Source: Bdellovibrionales bacterium
GTDB taxonomy: Bacteria; Bdellovibrionota; Bdellovibrionia; Bdellovibrionales; UBA1609
Assembly: GCA_965205645.1 (NCBI GenBank)
Contig: OZ242172.1
Location: 896,122-960,121, forward strand
Direction of reading: 5' to 3'
Length of the DNA: 64,000 nucleotides
The position numbers were made by a program, and so were the translations under genes. Of the stretch, positions 1-8,777 are shown one piece after another (position 1 is the stretch's first letter; each line of letters opens with the position of its first letter). The notes under the pieces were generated by a model. The model had not been told where the DNA came from. It was given only the letters and a program-made list of their open reading frames with translations, and searched no databases.

Positions 1-403
1 CAATTCAGTGATATTTGGATGAGCAAAAAACTTAGAATATATATTTAATATCTTATCTTTATATTTTTTCGTAGGAAGCTGATGCACACTATGAAATAAT
101 TGGTTTGTATTAAGTACAGTATTGCTTGAACTACTCATAATAATTTCAAACAGTTCCCATTGTGCAAGAATAATTATATAATGTTTAAACAAACCTTTCC
201 ATGCAATCTCATCACCTTCCCAAAAAAGATTAGTAAGGTTTTCCACTGGATCATTCAGTTCTTCTGGAGAAGGAAAGTAAATTTCTTCTTTTTCCAATTC
301 TTTATACTGGAAGATATGACACAGTTTACGAAAACGATATAAATAAGGAGGCTCTAATAATTTATTTTTAGATAAACTGTTAATTATATGTTCGTTTTTC
401 ATA
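1..403 (-). CDS. DUF2971-family protein (partial; 3' end lies outside the window)
   Basis: My own minus-strand translation from the ATG at 403..401 (RBS AAGGTGA upstream) stays open to the window edge: MKNEHIINSLSKNKLLEPPYLYRFRKLCHIFQYKELEKEEIYFPSPEELNDPVENL... The LYRFR...EIYFPSP.ELNDP.E pattern is the DUF2971 signature. It is absent from the ORF track because there is no stop in the window. Confidence 0.6.
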
Positions 404-562
404 TATTTCACCTTATATCAGTTTAAAAAGTTAAACGATTCAAAGTAACCTTTTTTCATATATATGATTTTTTTTATTGTCAATAATAGAAAAATATACA
501 GAGAATTTTTATTAGATATCACACACTTTTTTCTATCTATCATTAATGATAAGAAGCCCCTA

Positions 563-1030
563 TCAAGAGGCTTCCTTCTTTAATTTCTTTTCAATCAGAT
601 TTTCTATATCTGAAGTCCAAAAGTAAATTGAACCATTATCAAAGCTCATAACTTCCTCGTCTTCCTCAAGGCTGGAAATATACTCATCCTTAGCTATGTC
701 CCAAGATACTTCATCCATTGTTTTGAGAATATCTGCCGTGGAAAGCTCCAGCCAGCCGACTTTTGTCTCTGTTGGGTAACAGCCTTCAATCATATCTTCA
801 AAAGCTTTCGTTTGATTGACTGGTTCAAGGTGTTCCTTAAGAATTTCCTCAACAACCCATTCTGTCCCCCATTCACAGCCGATCCCTTCAAGTAGTCTCA
901 TCAAATCATCCGTTCCGCAATTATCACATTTGCCTGTTGGTGCTTTGATATAACAACAATAACAAAAGGGTATGCTTTCCTGAAAAGCTAAAACTGTAAG
1001 TCTTTTGTAAATTGTTTCTCTTTTAGTCAC
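563..1030 (-). CDS. hypothetical Cys-rich N-terminus / acidic C-terminus protein
   Basis: 155-aa ORF with a GTG start preceded by a strong RBS (AAGGAGG). It has a CYCCY...C..C cluster (possible zinc ribbon) and a very acidic C-terminal half. I recognise no family. Confidence 0.5.
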   Translation of the reverse strand: MTKRETIYKRLTVLAFQESIPFCYCCYIKAPTGKCDNCGTDDLMRLLEGIGCEWGTEWVVEEILKEHLEPVNQTKAFEDMIEGCYPTETKVGWLELSTADILKTMDEVSWDIAKDEYISSLEEDEEVMSFDNGSIYFWTSDIENLIEKKLKKEAS

Positions 1031-1382
1031 GATATACCTCCTTATGGTTAAATTATGTCTAGCTTTCCCTCTTAAAAGCTAAAGAAAAACGACGGAAGCG
1101 CTTTGCAAGAAAATAAATTGGGGGAAACCAGAGCGAAGCGAATGGGGGAGCCGATTTTTTTCTTGAGAACAATTTTTTATTTCCTTTAAAAGTTAAAGAA
1201 GTAAAAAGAAAAAACTGTTCGTCAAAGCAGAGCGACCAGAGTTATTAAAAAAATAATAAAGGGAAAGCGAACCAATAAGAATCTTAGATAACAAAATAAG
1301 AATCTTCATCTTTGAGGTATTTTTTATTATTTCTTGATTCTATATTAAAAAACTATATATTATCTTCAAATAAGGAGGACAT

Positions 1383-1622
1383 ATGCCAAGCAAGAAATCA
1401 GTTCATATATCCCTTAATAAAGGAAGTGGAAGAAAATGGAAAGTCACTCGAAATAGTAAAACTTTATCAACACATAATACTCAAAAGGTAGCAGAAAATA
1501 CTGGAAGAAGTATTGCCAAAAAAGCACATACAGAACTTGTGACTCATGGTATAGATGGGAAAATTTGTTCTAAAGATTCATTTGGAAATGATCCTTCTTC
1601 TATAAAAGATACAGAACACTAA
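1383..1622 (+). CDS. small DUF2188-like protein
   Basis: 79-aa ORF with RBS AAGGAGG 5 nt upstream. The W.V...S....H.T...A....R.IAKK....LV.H..DGKI pattern resembles DUF2188. It lies 4 nt upstream of the next gene. Confidence 0.5.
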   Translation: MPSKKSVHISLNKGSGRKWKVTRNSKTLSTHNTQKVAENTGRSIAKKAHTELVTHGIDGKICSKDSFGNDPSSIKDTEH

Positions 1623-1625
1623 AAT

Positions 1626-3074
1626 ATGAAAATGACAAAATCTACCTCTTCAAAAAATCTTAAGTCTATCCTTAAGAAAGGGGAAAACTATAAGACTGAG
1701 TTCAAGGAAAAAATAGATAGACTTGATAAAGAGATAGTTGCCTTTGCCAACTCTTCTGGCGGGCAAATTTACATTGGTATTACAGATGAAGGTAAAATAA
1801 AAGGAGTAAATATTACAAACAAGCTGAAAAGCCAGATAGAAGATATTGCTAAAAATTGTGATCCAAGAATTCCTATTGCACTCCAAGTAATACAAAAAAA
1901 GAAAATTTTAATAGTAGAAGTGAAAGAGAGTAAGAATAAACCTCATAGATGTTCTTCAGGTTTTTATATTCGCTCTGGAGCTTCTTCTCAGAAACTAAAC
2001 ACAGAGGAAATAAGAGATTTTATGGAAGATGAAGACCTTTTAAATTTTGATAAGGTTCCTTGCAAAGAATTTGATTTTAAAAAAGACTTTGATAAAGAAA
2101 AATTGTTTTCATTCATGGATAGGACAGGAATAAAATATAGCAGAAGAACCTATATTCAACTACTGGAAAAACTCAAAGTTTCAAAAAGACAAAACTCAAA
2201 AGTTATTCTTAATAATGCAGGAGCTTTGTTTTTCTCTAAAGACTTAAGCAGGATTTATTTTCATACAGAGATAGCTTGCGGGGCTTTTAAAGGAAAAGAC
2301 AAAGTTATTGTTCTCGATAGTGCTCGGTTTAATACAGATTTAATTGAAAATGTAGAAGGAGCTATGAGTTTTTTATGGAAAAACTTAAGAGCAAGACATG
2401 AGCTTATTCCCAGAAGCACACGAAGAATAAATGTTTTGGAAATCCCTGCTGATGCTCTAAGAGAAGCTTTAATCAATGCTGTAACTCATAGAAACTACAG
2501 AGTTCGCGGTGTATTTATACAATTGGAAATCTATGATGACAGAGTTGAAATTTCTAATTTTGGAGGACTTCATAGAGAGTTAAAAAAATCAGAATTTGGA
2601 ACAAAAAGTGTTACCAGAAATCCATTGATAGCAGCTCTTATGTTAAGAGCCGGGCATATTGAACAAATGGGAACAGGAATTAAAAAGATGAGAGATTTAG
2701 TTAAAAAAGAGGGGTTACCTCCTATTAAATTCAAATTTACCAATTTCACAACATTAACATTTTATAGACCCCCCTATCCATTAAGTAGTTTTATTGCGCC
2801 GTCTGTAAAAGTATATGAAGCTTATAATAAAATTCTCAGCATAAAAGGGAAGCAATTAGATAGAATATTAAAGATATTAAATGCCATAGAGAATAAAGAT
2901 TTTTCTGCAACTTCTTTTAGTAAAGTGGAAAATGTTAATCCAAGAACAGTAGAAAGAGATATACAATTCTTAAGAGATAAGAAATTTATATTCTTTAAAG
3001 GCCACTCTAAATCTGGAAAATATCAAGTCACTGAAAAATATAAGAAATTAAAAAAATCTATCAAACAAAAATAA
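1626..3074 (+). CDS. AlbA_2 (Schlafen-like divergent AAA) + HATPase_c_4 domain putative DNA-binding/ATP-binding protein
   Basis: The N-terminus (GENYKTEFKE...IVAFANSSGGQIYIGITDEGKIKGV) is the AlbA_2 signature. The middle (EALINAVTHRNY...IYDDRVEISNFGG) matches the RecG-like C-terminal HATPase_c_4 region. The C-terminal tail looks like a winged helix. Confidence 0.75.
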   Translation: MKMTKSTSSKNLKSILKKGENYKTEFKEKIDRLDKEIVAFANSSGGQIYIGITDEGKIKGVNITNKLKSQIEDIAKNCDPRIPIALQVIQKKKILIVEVKESKNKPHRCSSGFYIRSGASSQKLNTEEIRDFMEDEDLLNFDKVPCKEFDFKKDFDKEKLFSFMDRTGIKYSRRTYIQLLEKLKVSKRQNSKVILNNAGALFFSKDLSRIYFHTEIACGAFKGKDKVIVLDSARFNTDLIENVEGAMSFLWKNLRARHELIPRSTRRINVLEIPADALREALINAVTHRNYRVRGVFIQLEIYDDRVEISNFGGLHRELKKSEFGTKSVTRNPLIAALMLRAGHIEQMGTGIKKMRDLVKKEGLPPIKFKFTNFTTLTFYRPPYPLSSFIAPSVKVYEAYNKILSIKGKQLDRILKILNAIENKDFSATSFSKVENVNPRTVERDIQFLRDKKFIFFKGHSKSGKYQVTEKYKKLKKSIKQK

Positions 3075-3076
3075 TT

Positions 3077-3169
3077 GGTCTAAAATGTCGGTCTAAATGT
3101 CGGTCTAAATGTCGGTCTAAAATGTCGGTCTAAATGTCGGTCTAAATGTCGGTCTAAATGTCGGTCTAA
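3077..3169. repeat. 7.5 tandem copies of a 12/13-nt unit GGTCTAAA(A)TGTC
   Basis: Read directly. Units of 13, 12, 12, 13, 12, 12 and 12 nt plus a partial copy start 3 nt after the stop codon of the AlbA_2 gene. Confidence 0.95.
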
Positions 3170-3541
3170 TAGTAACAAAATATCTTAACTTTACATAAAA
3201 AAAGAGTCTCCCTTTTAGGGAGGCATCCTTATAAAAGTTATCCTGTTAAAAAACTAGGGACTAGAAATGAATGTTTTAATGATCACATTTTTTTAATTTG
3301 AAGGAAGTTCCATTTTTGAACATCCAACAACCAATTTCCTCAATACCAACGATAATAAAAATAAGAAAATTTTGTTCATATATAGTATTTACAGAAATAT
3401 TCTTCCAATTTTTGTAATCATGATCTGATGGTTGAGGAACATTTTCTGGATGTGTATGCCACTCACCTAAGTATATTTGAGTTCTACTAGCAGTATAAAG
3501 TAGTTTAGAATAGCATTTATCCTAACTATTTTTTATAAAGA

Positions 3542-4168
3542 TTAATTTTTATAAAATATTTTTTTTGCAGTTTTTCCAGAACCATAACAATATGACGCAT
3601 CAAATGTTCCTCCAATAACCCCAGAAACAACAGGAATACATTTTCCTAAATTTATAATACCTTTTTGTCCAAATTTTGTAACAAGTCTAAATCCTATAGA
3701 ACGATTGATTGCTATTAAAGTTTCTCTACTAATTGAGGAGATTACTTTACCAGTTAATTTTTGACCAATTTTCACTCCTACTTCTTTTAAAATATTCATA
3801 CATGAATCACCTATTAAGCAACAAAAAACAAGAGTTTTTACTTGATCAGATCTAGGATCATATCCTGACACCTTTGCTATTGCAGCAATCATACGCATTT
3901 GAATATAAAAAGACGCTGTTAATCCTGCAGGGATTGCTATAGGTAAAGTAATCAATCCGCCTACAGAAGACACAAATCCAGATGCTGAACTTTTTACTAC
4001 TGCCCATTTGATTAGAGAATCAATAGCTTTTTCTTTATCGTTATTATTTACTTTTAAATAACCTTCCGCTAATTCCTCTATTGTTGGAGTAGCTGGTAAA
4101 CCTTGCAAAGCTTTGTCATATATAGAATCCAGAATCTTAATAATAGTTTGTTCATTTAATTTTTTCAT
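3542..4168 (-). CDS. EcsC-family protein
   Basis: 208 aa. The segment WAVVKSSASGFVSSVGGLITLPIAIPAGLTASFYIQMRMIAAIA..GYDP and the downstream layout are typical of the EcsC family. Confidence 0.65.
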   Translation of the reverse strand: MKKLNEQTIIKILDSIYDKALQGLPATPTIEELAEGYLKVNNNDKEKAIDSLIKWAVVKSSASGFVSSVGGLITLPIAIPAGLTASFYIQMRMIAAIAKVSGYDPRSDQVKTLVFCCLIGDSCMNILKEVGVKIGQKLTGKVISSISRETLIAINRSIGFRLVTKFGQKGIINLGKCIPVVSGVIGGTFDASYCYGSGKTAKKIFYKN

Positions 4169-4440
4169 TAGTTTCAGTTTCCTTTCTATTATAGATTAAT
4201 ATAACTTTTCAGACAGCGCGATGTATTCTGCATTCTTCCCTATTTTAGGGAAATTACTTTTGAGTTCGTCTAAAATTTTTTTATCATAATAATATAATAT
4301 CTTATTTTTAGGAAAATTCCAGTTTAAAATCTGTCACAACTGTTCGGGATAATCAAAAATATAATTTAATTCTTTTTTATTATTTTCTATATGCTGAGTT
4401 ATATAGTTATTGTTTTTCTAAGAATCTTTAGGTTGCTTTA

Positions 4441-5835
4441 TTAGTAAAAGTGGTTATTTGGTTTAAGTTTAGCTTTAGCAATTCCACGATTACGATAAAA
4501 AAAGGCATAATCAGGTTTTAATTCAATAGCTTTACTACAATCATTTATTGCATCTGCATGCTGACCTAAGTGTGATTTAGTAATTCCACGGTTATTATAA
4601 AACAAAGCTTCATTAGGTTTTAATTCAATAGCTTTGCTAAAATCATTTATTGCATCTGCATGCTGACCTAAGTGTGATTTAGCAATTCCACGACTATTAT
4701 AAGCCATGGCATAATCAGGTTTTAATTCAATAGCTTTACTACAATCATTTATTGCATCTGCATGCTGACCTAAGTGTGATTTAGTAATTCCACGGTTATT
4801 ATAAAACAAAGCTTCATTAGGTTTTAATTCAATAGCATTATCGTAATCATCTATAGCATCTGCATGTTGACCTAAGTGTGATTTAGCAACTCCACGACTA
4901 TGATAAGCCATGGCATAATTAGATCTTAATCCAACAGCTTTATTGCAATCATCTATAGCATCTGCATGCTGGCCTAAGGATGATTTAGCAATTCCACGGC
5001 TATTATAAATATTCGCATTATTAGGATCTAAATTAATAGCCTTGTCAAAAACCTTAATAGCTTCTTTGTATTTTCCTTTTTTAATTTCAGTGTTAACTTG
5101 ATGTTCAGCTTCTTTCATTAAAATTTTACCTCTACGAAACTCAATCTGAGCTGATGAATAATTTTCAGGTATAATAATGTTGTGTTTTATAAGAAATTTT
5201 TTGTCAGATGCTTTTCTTGCATTAAGCAATCTCATTCCCACATCTATAATAAACTGAGTCCAATTGTTGTCAGAAGCAACAAGAAAAGGCACATTAGATG
5301 ATGTAATAGGTTCACTAACAAGTGTAATAGTAGTACCCATTATATTATCTTTTCTTTTTTCTGGGTTAATAATATGAGCTCCTTCTTTATCTGCTATATG
5401 ATTTAAAATCATATGAAGTGTTTGGAGTTTTGACTTATGATAAAGAAGAGGTTCATCCAACCACTGGTTAAGACTTACCAAATTACTTTCACCAATTGCT
5501 TTATGCAGTATATCCACTCGATTCAAGTAAAAAGCAGATGTGACCGTGTGGCTATTGGATTCAGTTTTCTTTGTGTTTTCTCGAGGGTTTAAAAAAGATT
5601 GTAACAATATATCTGCACCATCACCATAATAGAGTTCAAATAGAGACTTATTATTCTTTTTTCCTTTTTCAATAAAGGTTGCTGGTGCATTCTTGTCTAA
5701 AAGTAATTTCCTCAATTCTACTGCTACGGTACGATACACTGAATTATCTTCCTCAAAGACATAAGCTTTGATATTTCTTTTTATAATATTAATGGAATCT
5801 TGCACTCCTCTTTTCAGCTCAAACATTTCACTCAT
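4441..5835 (-). CDS. TPR-repeat protein with an unassigned ~230-aa N-terminal domain
   Basis: 464 aa with RBS AGGAG. The C-terminal half has about seven consecutive 34-aa TPR units (NSRGIAKSHLGQHADAI.D..KAIELKP...). The N-terminal half matches no family I recognise. Confidence 0.8.
   Translation of the reverse strand: MSEMFELKRGVQDSINIIKRNIKAYVFEEDNSVYRTVAVELRKLLLDKNAPATFIEKGKKNNKSLFELYYGDGADILLQSFLNPRENTKKTESNSHTVTSAFYLNRVDILHKAIGESNLVSLNQWLDEPLLYHKSKLQTLHMILNHIADKEGAHIINPEKRKDNIMGTTITLVSEPITSSNVPFLVASDNNWTQFIIDVGMRLLNARKASDKKFLIKHNIIIPENYSSAQIEFRRGKILMKEAEHQVNTEIKKGKYKEAIKVFDKAINLDPNNANIYNSRGIAKSSLGQHADAIDDCNKAVGLRSNYAMAYHSRGVAKSHLGQHADAIDDYDNAIELKPNEALFYNNRGITKSHLGQHADAINDCSKAIELKPDYAMAYNSRGIAKSHLGQHADAINDFSKAIELKPNEALFYNNRGITKSHLGQHADAINDCSKAIELKPDYAFFYRNRGIAKAKLKPNNHFY
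4504..4911. repeat. intragenic 204-bp tandem duplication (two TPR pairs) inside the TPR gene
   Basis: The string GGCATAATCAGGTTTTAATTCAATAGCTTTACTACAATCATTTATTGCATCTGCATGCTGACC... starts at both 4504 and 4708 (offset 204 nt). The first ~125 nt of the two copies are identical. Confidence 0.9.
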
Positions 5836-6105
5836 TAATTGCTCCTAATTTTATATATTTCAACTATATATTAAAGGTTCTCACACACCTGCCACATACT
5901 TATTGTTGGATTAAATAACCCAAAAAAATTAAGATCAGGGCATTTTCCGAAAAAAGCAAGTTCTTTAGTTTTTAATAAGTAGTTTTTCAGAAGAAATAAG
6001 GTCATTAAAAAATGTGAAAAGCTGAAAACCTGATATAAAGTTTGGAGTAAAATGGCGGAGTAAAATTTCGATGTAAAGTTTGAGAGAAACAATCCCTACA
6101 TAAAA

Positions 6106-6246
6106 TTTTTGCGTGATATTTGCGTGATTCTCTGGTTACCAGAGGTTATGGACGGTTATTCCCAACATGAAAAGGCAATGTTTTGTTGAGTTTTTAGCTT
6201 ATTTTCCACTCTCGAACACTTTGTCCTCTATCCGCTTAACTCCTAC
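6106..6246. repeat. dispersed degenerate ~130-150-bp intergenic repeat, copy A
   Basis: Shares the ordered motifs TTTTGCGTGATT.TC, AGGTTAT..., GTTAT..., AAAAGG, T-rich block, TTATTTT with the copies at 7081 and 8631. Confidence 0.5.
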
Positions 6247-6356
6247 AAAATATAAAAACATATGAAACTATGGTAGGTATTTAAAATATGCTAACCTCAA
6301 ATATACAAAAGAAATTTAAAAAGCTGAATATTCACTCTATATATTCAGAACCTTGA

Positions 6357-7014
6357 CTCATCCAAAAAAACACTATTATTTATATTGATGGCTTTAATCT
6401 TTATTATAGTTTAAAGAACACTTCTTTTAAATGGTTAAATTTTCGGAAATTATCTGATTCTTATCTAAATCTGGAACAACACCAAATAACAAAAATCAAA
6501 TACTTCACAGCATTAGTAAAAAGAACCTCTAATGATAATTTAAATATCATCAAACAGAATATATATTTGCGTGCTGTTAAGACTCTGCCTGATTTAGAAA
6601 TTATCTTTGGCCAGTTTAAAAAAAGACAAGTAAGAGGAGTTCTTTGTGATTATGAAGATAGAAAGCAATTAAAAAAAGATATTGTTAAAGTTCAAAAATG
6701 GGAAGAGAAAATGTCGGATATTCATATAGCCACTCATGTTGTTGCTGACGCATACCAGAATAAATGCGAATGTGCTGTTTTAATCTCCAATGATGCAGAT
6801 TTAACTCCACCATTATTACATATCAAATAGACTGAAGAAACTTGTGATAGTAATCAGCCCTTATAAAAAGATAAGTGCGGAATTAAAAAGGTCCTCTCAT
6901 TTCTATAAGGCTGTATCTCCTAAAATTTTAGAGCAATGCCAATTTCCAGAGAAGATGAGAGATGCCAAAGGGGAGTTTTTCTGTCCTCCAAAGTGGAAAA
7001 AGGCCGAGTATTAA
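6357..7014 (+). pseudogene. NYN-domain (LabA-like) protein gene, frameshifted and lacking a canonical start
   Basis: Frame 0 reads ...KNTIIYIDGFNLYYSLKNTSFKWLNFRKL...IKYFTALV...IYLRAVKTLPDLEIIFGQFK...EKMSDIHIATHVVADAYQNKCECAVLISNDADLTPPLLHIK*. The protein continues in the +1 frame from 6832: LKKLVIVISPYKKISAELKRSS...CQFPEKMRDAKGEFFCPPKWKKAEY*. No ATG, GTG or TTG lies between the upstream in-frame stop (6354) and 6567. Confidence 0.65.
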
Positions 7015-7080
7015 ATGAAAGAACAACCCGTCTTGTCCCTGTTGTCTCCACCAAACGGGGGACGGGATTTGAACGGGATA

Positions 7081-7262
7081 CTACGGTTAGGAGAGGTTAT
7101 AGACGGTTATCAACGGGGTGCAAAAGTGAATTTTAGTTTAACGATTTAGTTATTTTTGCCTTTTGAACCCCATTTCGTTTCGCCTACTCTCTCCACCATT
7201 TACCTTAATAAGCGCTTAAATAAGGTCCTCAGAGAGAACAATTTTTTTTGCGTGAATTTCCA
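7081..7262. repeat. dispersed degenerate intergenic repeat, copy B
   Basis: AGGTTATAGACGGTTATCAACGGGGTGCAAAAGTGAATTTTAGTTTAACGATTTAGTTATTTTTGCCTTTTGAA aligns with copy C. A TTTTTTTTGCGTGAATTTCC motif follows at 7243. Confidence 0.5.
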
Positions 7263-7270
7263 AAAAGAAT

Positions 7271-7312
7271 AAAAACAACTAAACTGTTTTAAATAAACAG
7301 TTCAGTTGTTTT
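7271..7312 (-). terminator. Rho-independent terminator of the tandem CpxP/Spy-like gene
   Basis: Arms ACAACTAAACTGTTT (7275-7289) and AAACAGTTCAGTTGT (7295-7309) form a ~15-bp stem with one mismatch. On the minus strand the stem is followed by a T run, about 65 nt after the stop. Confidence 0.55.
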
Positions 7313-7376
7313 ATAATGATTTTTCAAATAGCAGAGACTGTTTTTTCTACTGTATCTGCCATTTTAAAAAATTTTA

Positions 7377-7931
7377 TTATTTTTTCTTATTTTTATGTCC
7401 AGAATGTTTCTTATTCTTATGCCCAGAATATTTATGTTTGTATTGTTCAAAACATTTAGAGAGAGCAGCTCTTTGTTCTTCCGTTGTAGCAATTGTTTCT
7501 AAAACGTTTTGCCGAAATGTGGACCATGCAGCTCGTCTGTCTTCTTTATTCATATCATGAGTGGAGGATTTAACATGGTTGCGCATTTCTATCATTTTTG
7601 CTTTTTGTTCGTCAGAAAGTCCCGCTTCTTCCGGACAGAATTTTTTTCTTCTTTCCCCTTTGTGTTTATATTGTTCAAAACATTTAGAGAGAGCAGCTCT
7701 TTGTTCTTCCGTTGTAGCAACTGTTTCTAAAACGTTTTGCTGAAATGTGGACCATGCAGCTTGTCTGTCTTCTTTGCTCATATCATGAGTGGAGGATTTA
7801 ACATGGTTGCGCATTTCTTTCACTTTTGCTTTTTGTTCGTCAGAAAATCCCGCTTCGGGACAGAAATTGGAGCGTGCATATACTGATGCTGTGAAAAAAA
7901 ACAGGCAAATGATGATAACATTTGTTTTCAT
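7377..7931 (-). CDS. secreted CpxP/Spy-like (LTXXQ-type) protein with two tandem domains and a His/Lys-rich tail
   Basis: Signal peptide MKTNVIIICLFFFTASVYA. Two ~77-aa repeats each carry CPEAG(F/L)SDEQKAK...TTEEQRAALSKCFEQYKHK, that is two xxxEQ (LTXXQ-like) motifs per domain. The tail reads YSGHKNKKHSGHKNKKK. RBS AAGGAG. Confidence 0.6.
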   Translation of the reverse strand: MKTNVIIICLFFFTASVYARSNFCPEAGFSDEQKAKVKEMRNHVKSSTHDMSKEDRQAAWSTFQQNVLETVATTEEQRAALSKCFEQYKHKGERRKKFCPEEAGLSDEQKAKMIEMRNHVKSSTHDMNKEDRRAAWSTFRQNVLETIATTEEQRAALSKCFEQYKHKYSGHKNKKHSGHKNKKK

Positions 7932-8121
7932 TTTAATCTCCTTACTTATTTAGATGATTTTATGACTGCAAATTCAGTCAATGGATTTTTATTTCCTTTA
8001 AGAAAAGTATCAACTTCTAAAGAATAAGCAAGATATTTTATATTTTTCTACAATTATTAAAACTATTTTAAGTGAGATTCATTGATTTAAAAATGTTCTA
8101 TAGGTGCAAGATTTATTATCT

Positions 8122-8490
8122 TCATAGTTGAAGTTTACCTTGTCTGCGTTCAAAACATTTAGAGAGAGCAGCTTTTTGTTCTTCCGTTGTAGGGACTGTT
8201 TCTAAAATGTTTTGCTGTAACTCGGACCAAGTATCTTGTCTGTCCTCTCTGCCGATATCACGGAAAGAATTCCTGAAGCTCTGACGTAGTTCTTTCACTT
8301 TTGCTTTTTGTTCATCGGAAAATCCCGCTTCGGGACATAAATCAATGTCTGCTCTATTTCTAGGATGATGGTTTTTTGACCGGTTATTTTCTGTACGGGT
8401 GTCTTCACTGATAGTCGTCTCATCGCAACCATTCGTAAAAATCAATAAGATAGATAAACAAAGTATTTTGTTTTTCCATAAAAACTTCAT
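8122..8490 (-). CDS. CpxP/Spy-like (LTXXQ-type) single-domain paralog, possible lipoprotein
   Basis: 122 aa. The signal peptide ends ...LLIFTNGC. It carries one copy of the same CPEAGFSDEQKAKVKELR...TTEEQKAALSKCFE domain, with DNA-level similarity to 7377..7931. Confidence 0.6.
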   Translation of the reverse strand: MKFLWKNKILCLSILLIFTNGCDETTISEDTRTENNRSKNHHPRNRADIDLCPEAGFSDEQKAKVKELRQSFRNSFRDIGREDRQDTWSELQQNILETVPTTEEQKAALSKCFERRQGKLQL

Positions 8491-8630
8491 TTTTTAATCC
8501 CTTAAATTATTTGTTGTTTAAAATAGCTGTTCATCACAGTGATATGAATCGGATTTGGAAATTGTGATTTATGCGTGTCTTAATTATTTTTATTTCAGCT
8601 GAGTCGATGGAATTTTTCAATGAATAAGTC

Positions 8631-8777
8631 ATTTTATGCGTGATTTTCTAATTGCTATAGGTTATAAAATGTCTTGAGTCGTTATCAAAGGGGTAAAAAA
8701 GGCTGAATTTTATTGAACTTTTTGATTATTTTGGCCTTTTGAAAACTGTCACGGCTGACTTAATTCTCCCTATTACT
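8631..8777. repeat. dispersed degenerate intergenic repeat, copy C
   Basis: TTTTATGCGTGATTTTCT...AGGTTATAAAATGTCTTGAGTCGTTATCAAAGGGGTAAAAAAGGCTGAATTTTATTGAACTTTTTGATTATTTTGGCCTTTTGAAAAC aligns with copies A and B. Confidence 0.5.

Noticed and set aside
160-342. 60-aa plus-strand ORF
   Set aside because: It is antisense to the DUF2971 gene, whose minus-strand frame is open across the whole region and carries the family signature.
5871-6092. 73-aa minus-strand ORF
   Set aside because: It is hydrophobic and low-complexity, has no RBS and no recognisable family, and lies in AT-rich spacer overlapping repeat copy A. It is probably spurious.
7058-7085. tRNA-like T-arm string GGGATTTGAACGGGAT
   Set aside because: The flanking bases do not form a T stem or any cloverleaf on either strand.
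6936-7136. 66-aa plus-strand ORF
   Set aside because: It lies in the wrong frame over the 3' part of the NYN pseudogene and runs into repeat copy B.
7306-7743. Plus-strand ORFs (84, 73 and 60 aa)
   Set aside because: They are antisense to the CpxP/Spy-like gene. Their duplication just mirrors that gene's internal repeat.
6106-8777. Integron-like cassette array (attC sites)
   Set aside because: No intI gene is present and I could find no convincing R''/R' core sites (RYYYAAC / GTTRRRY). I kept it only as an unexplained dispersed repeat.
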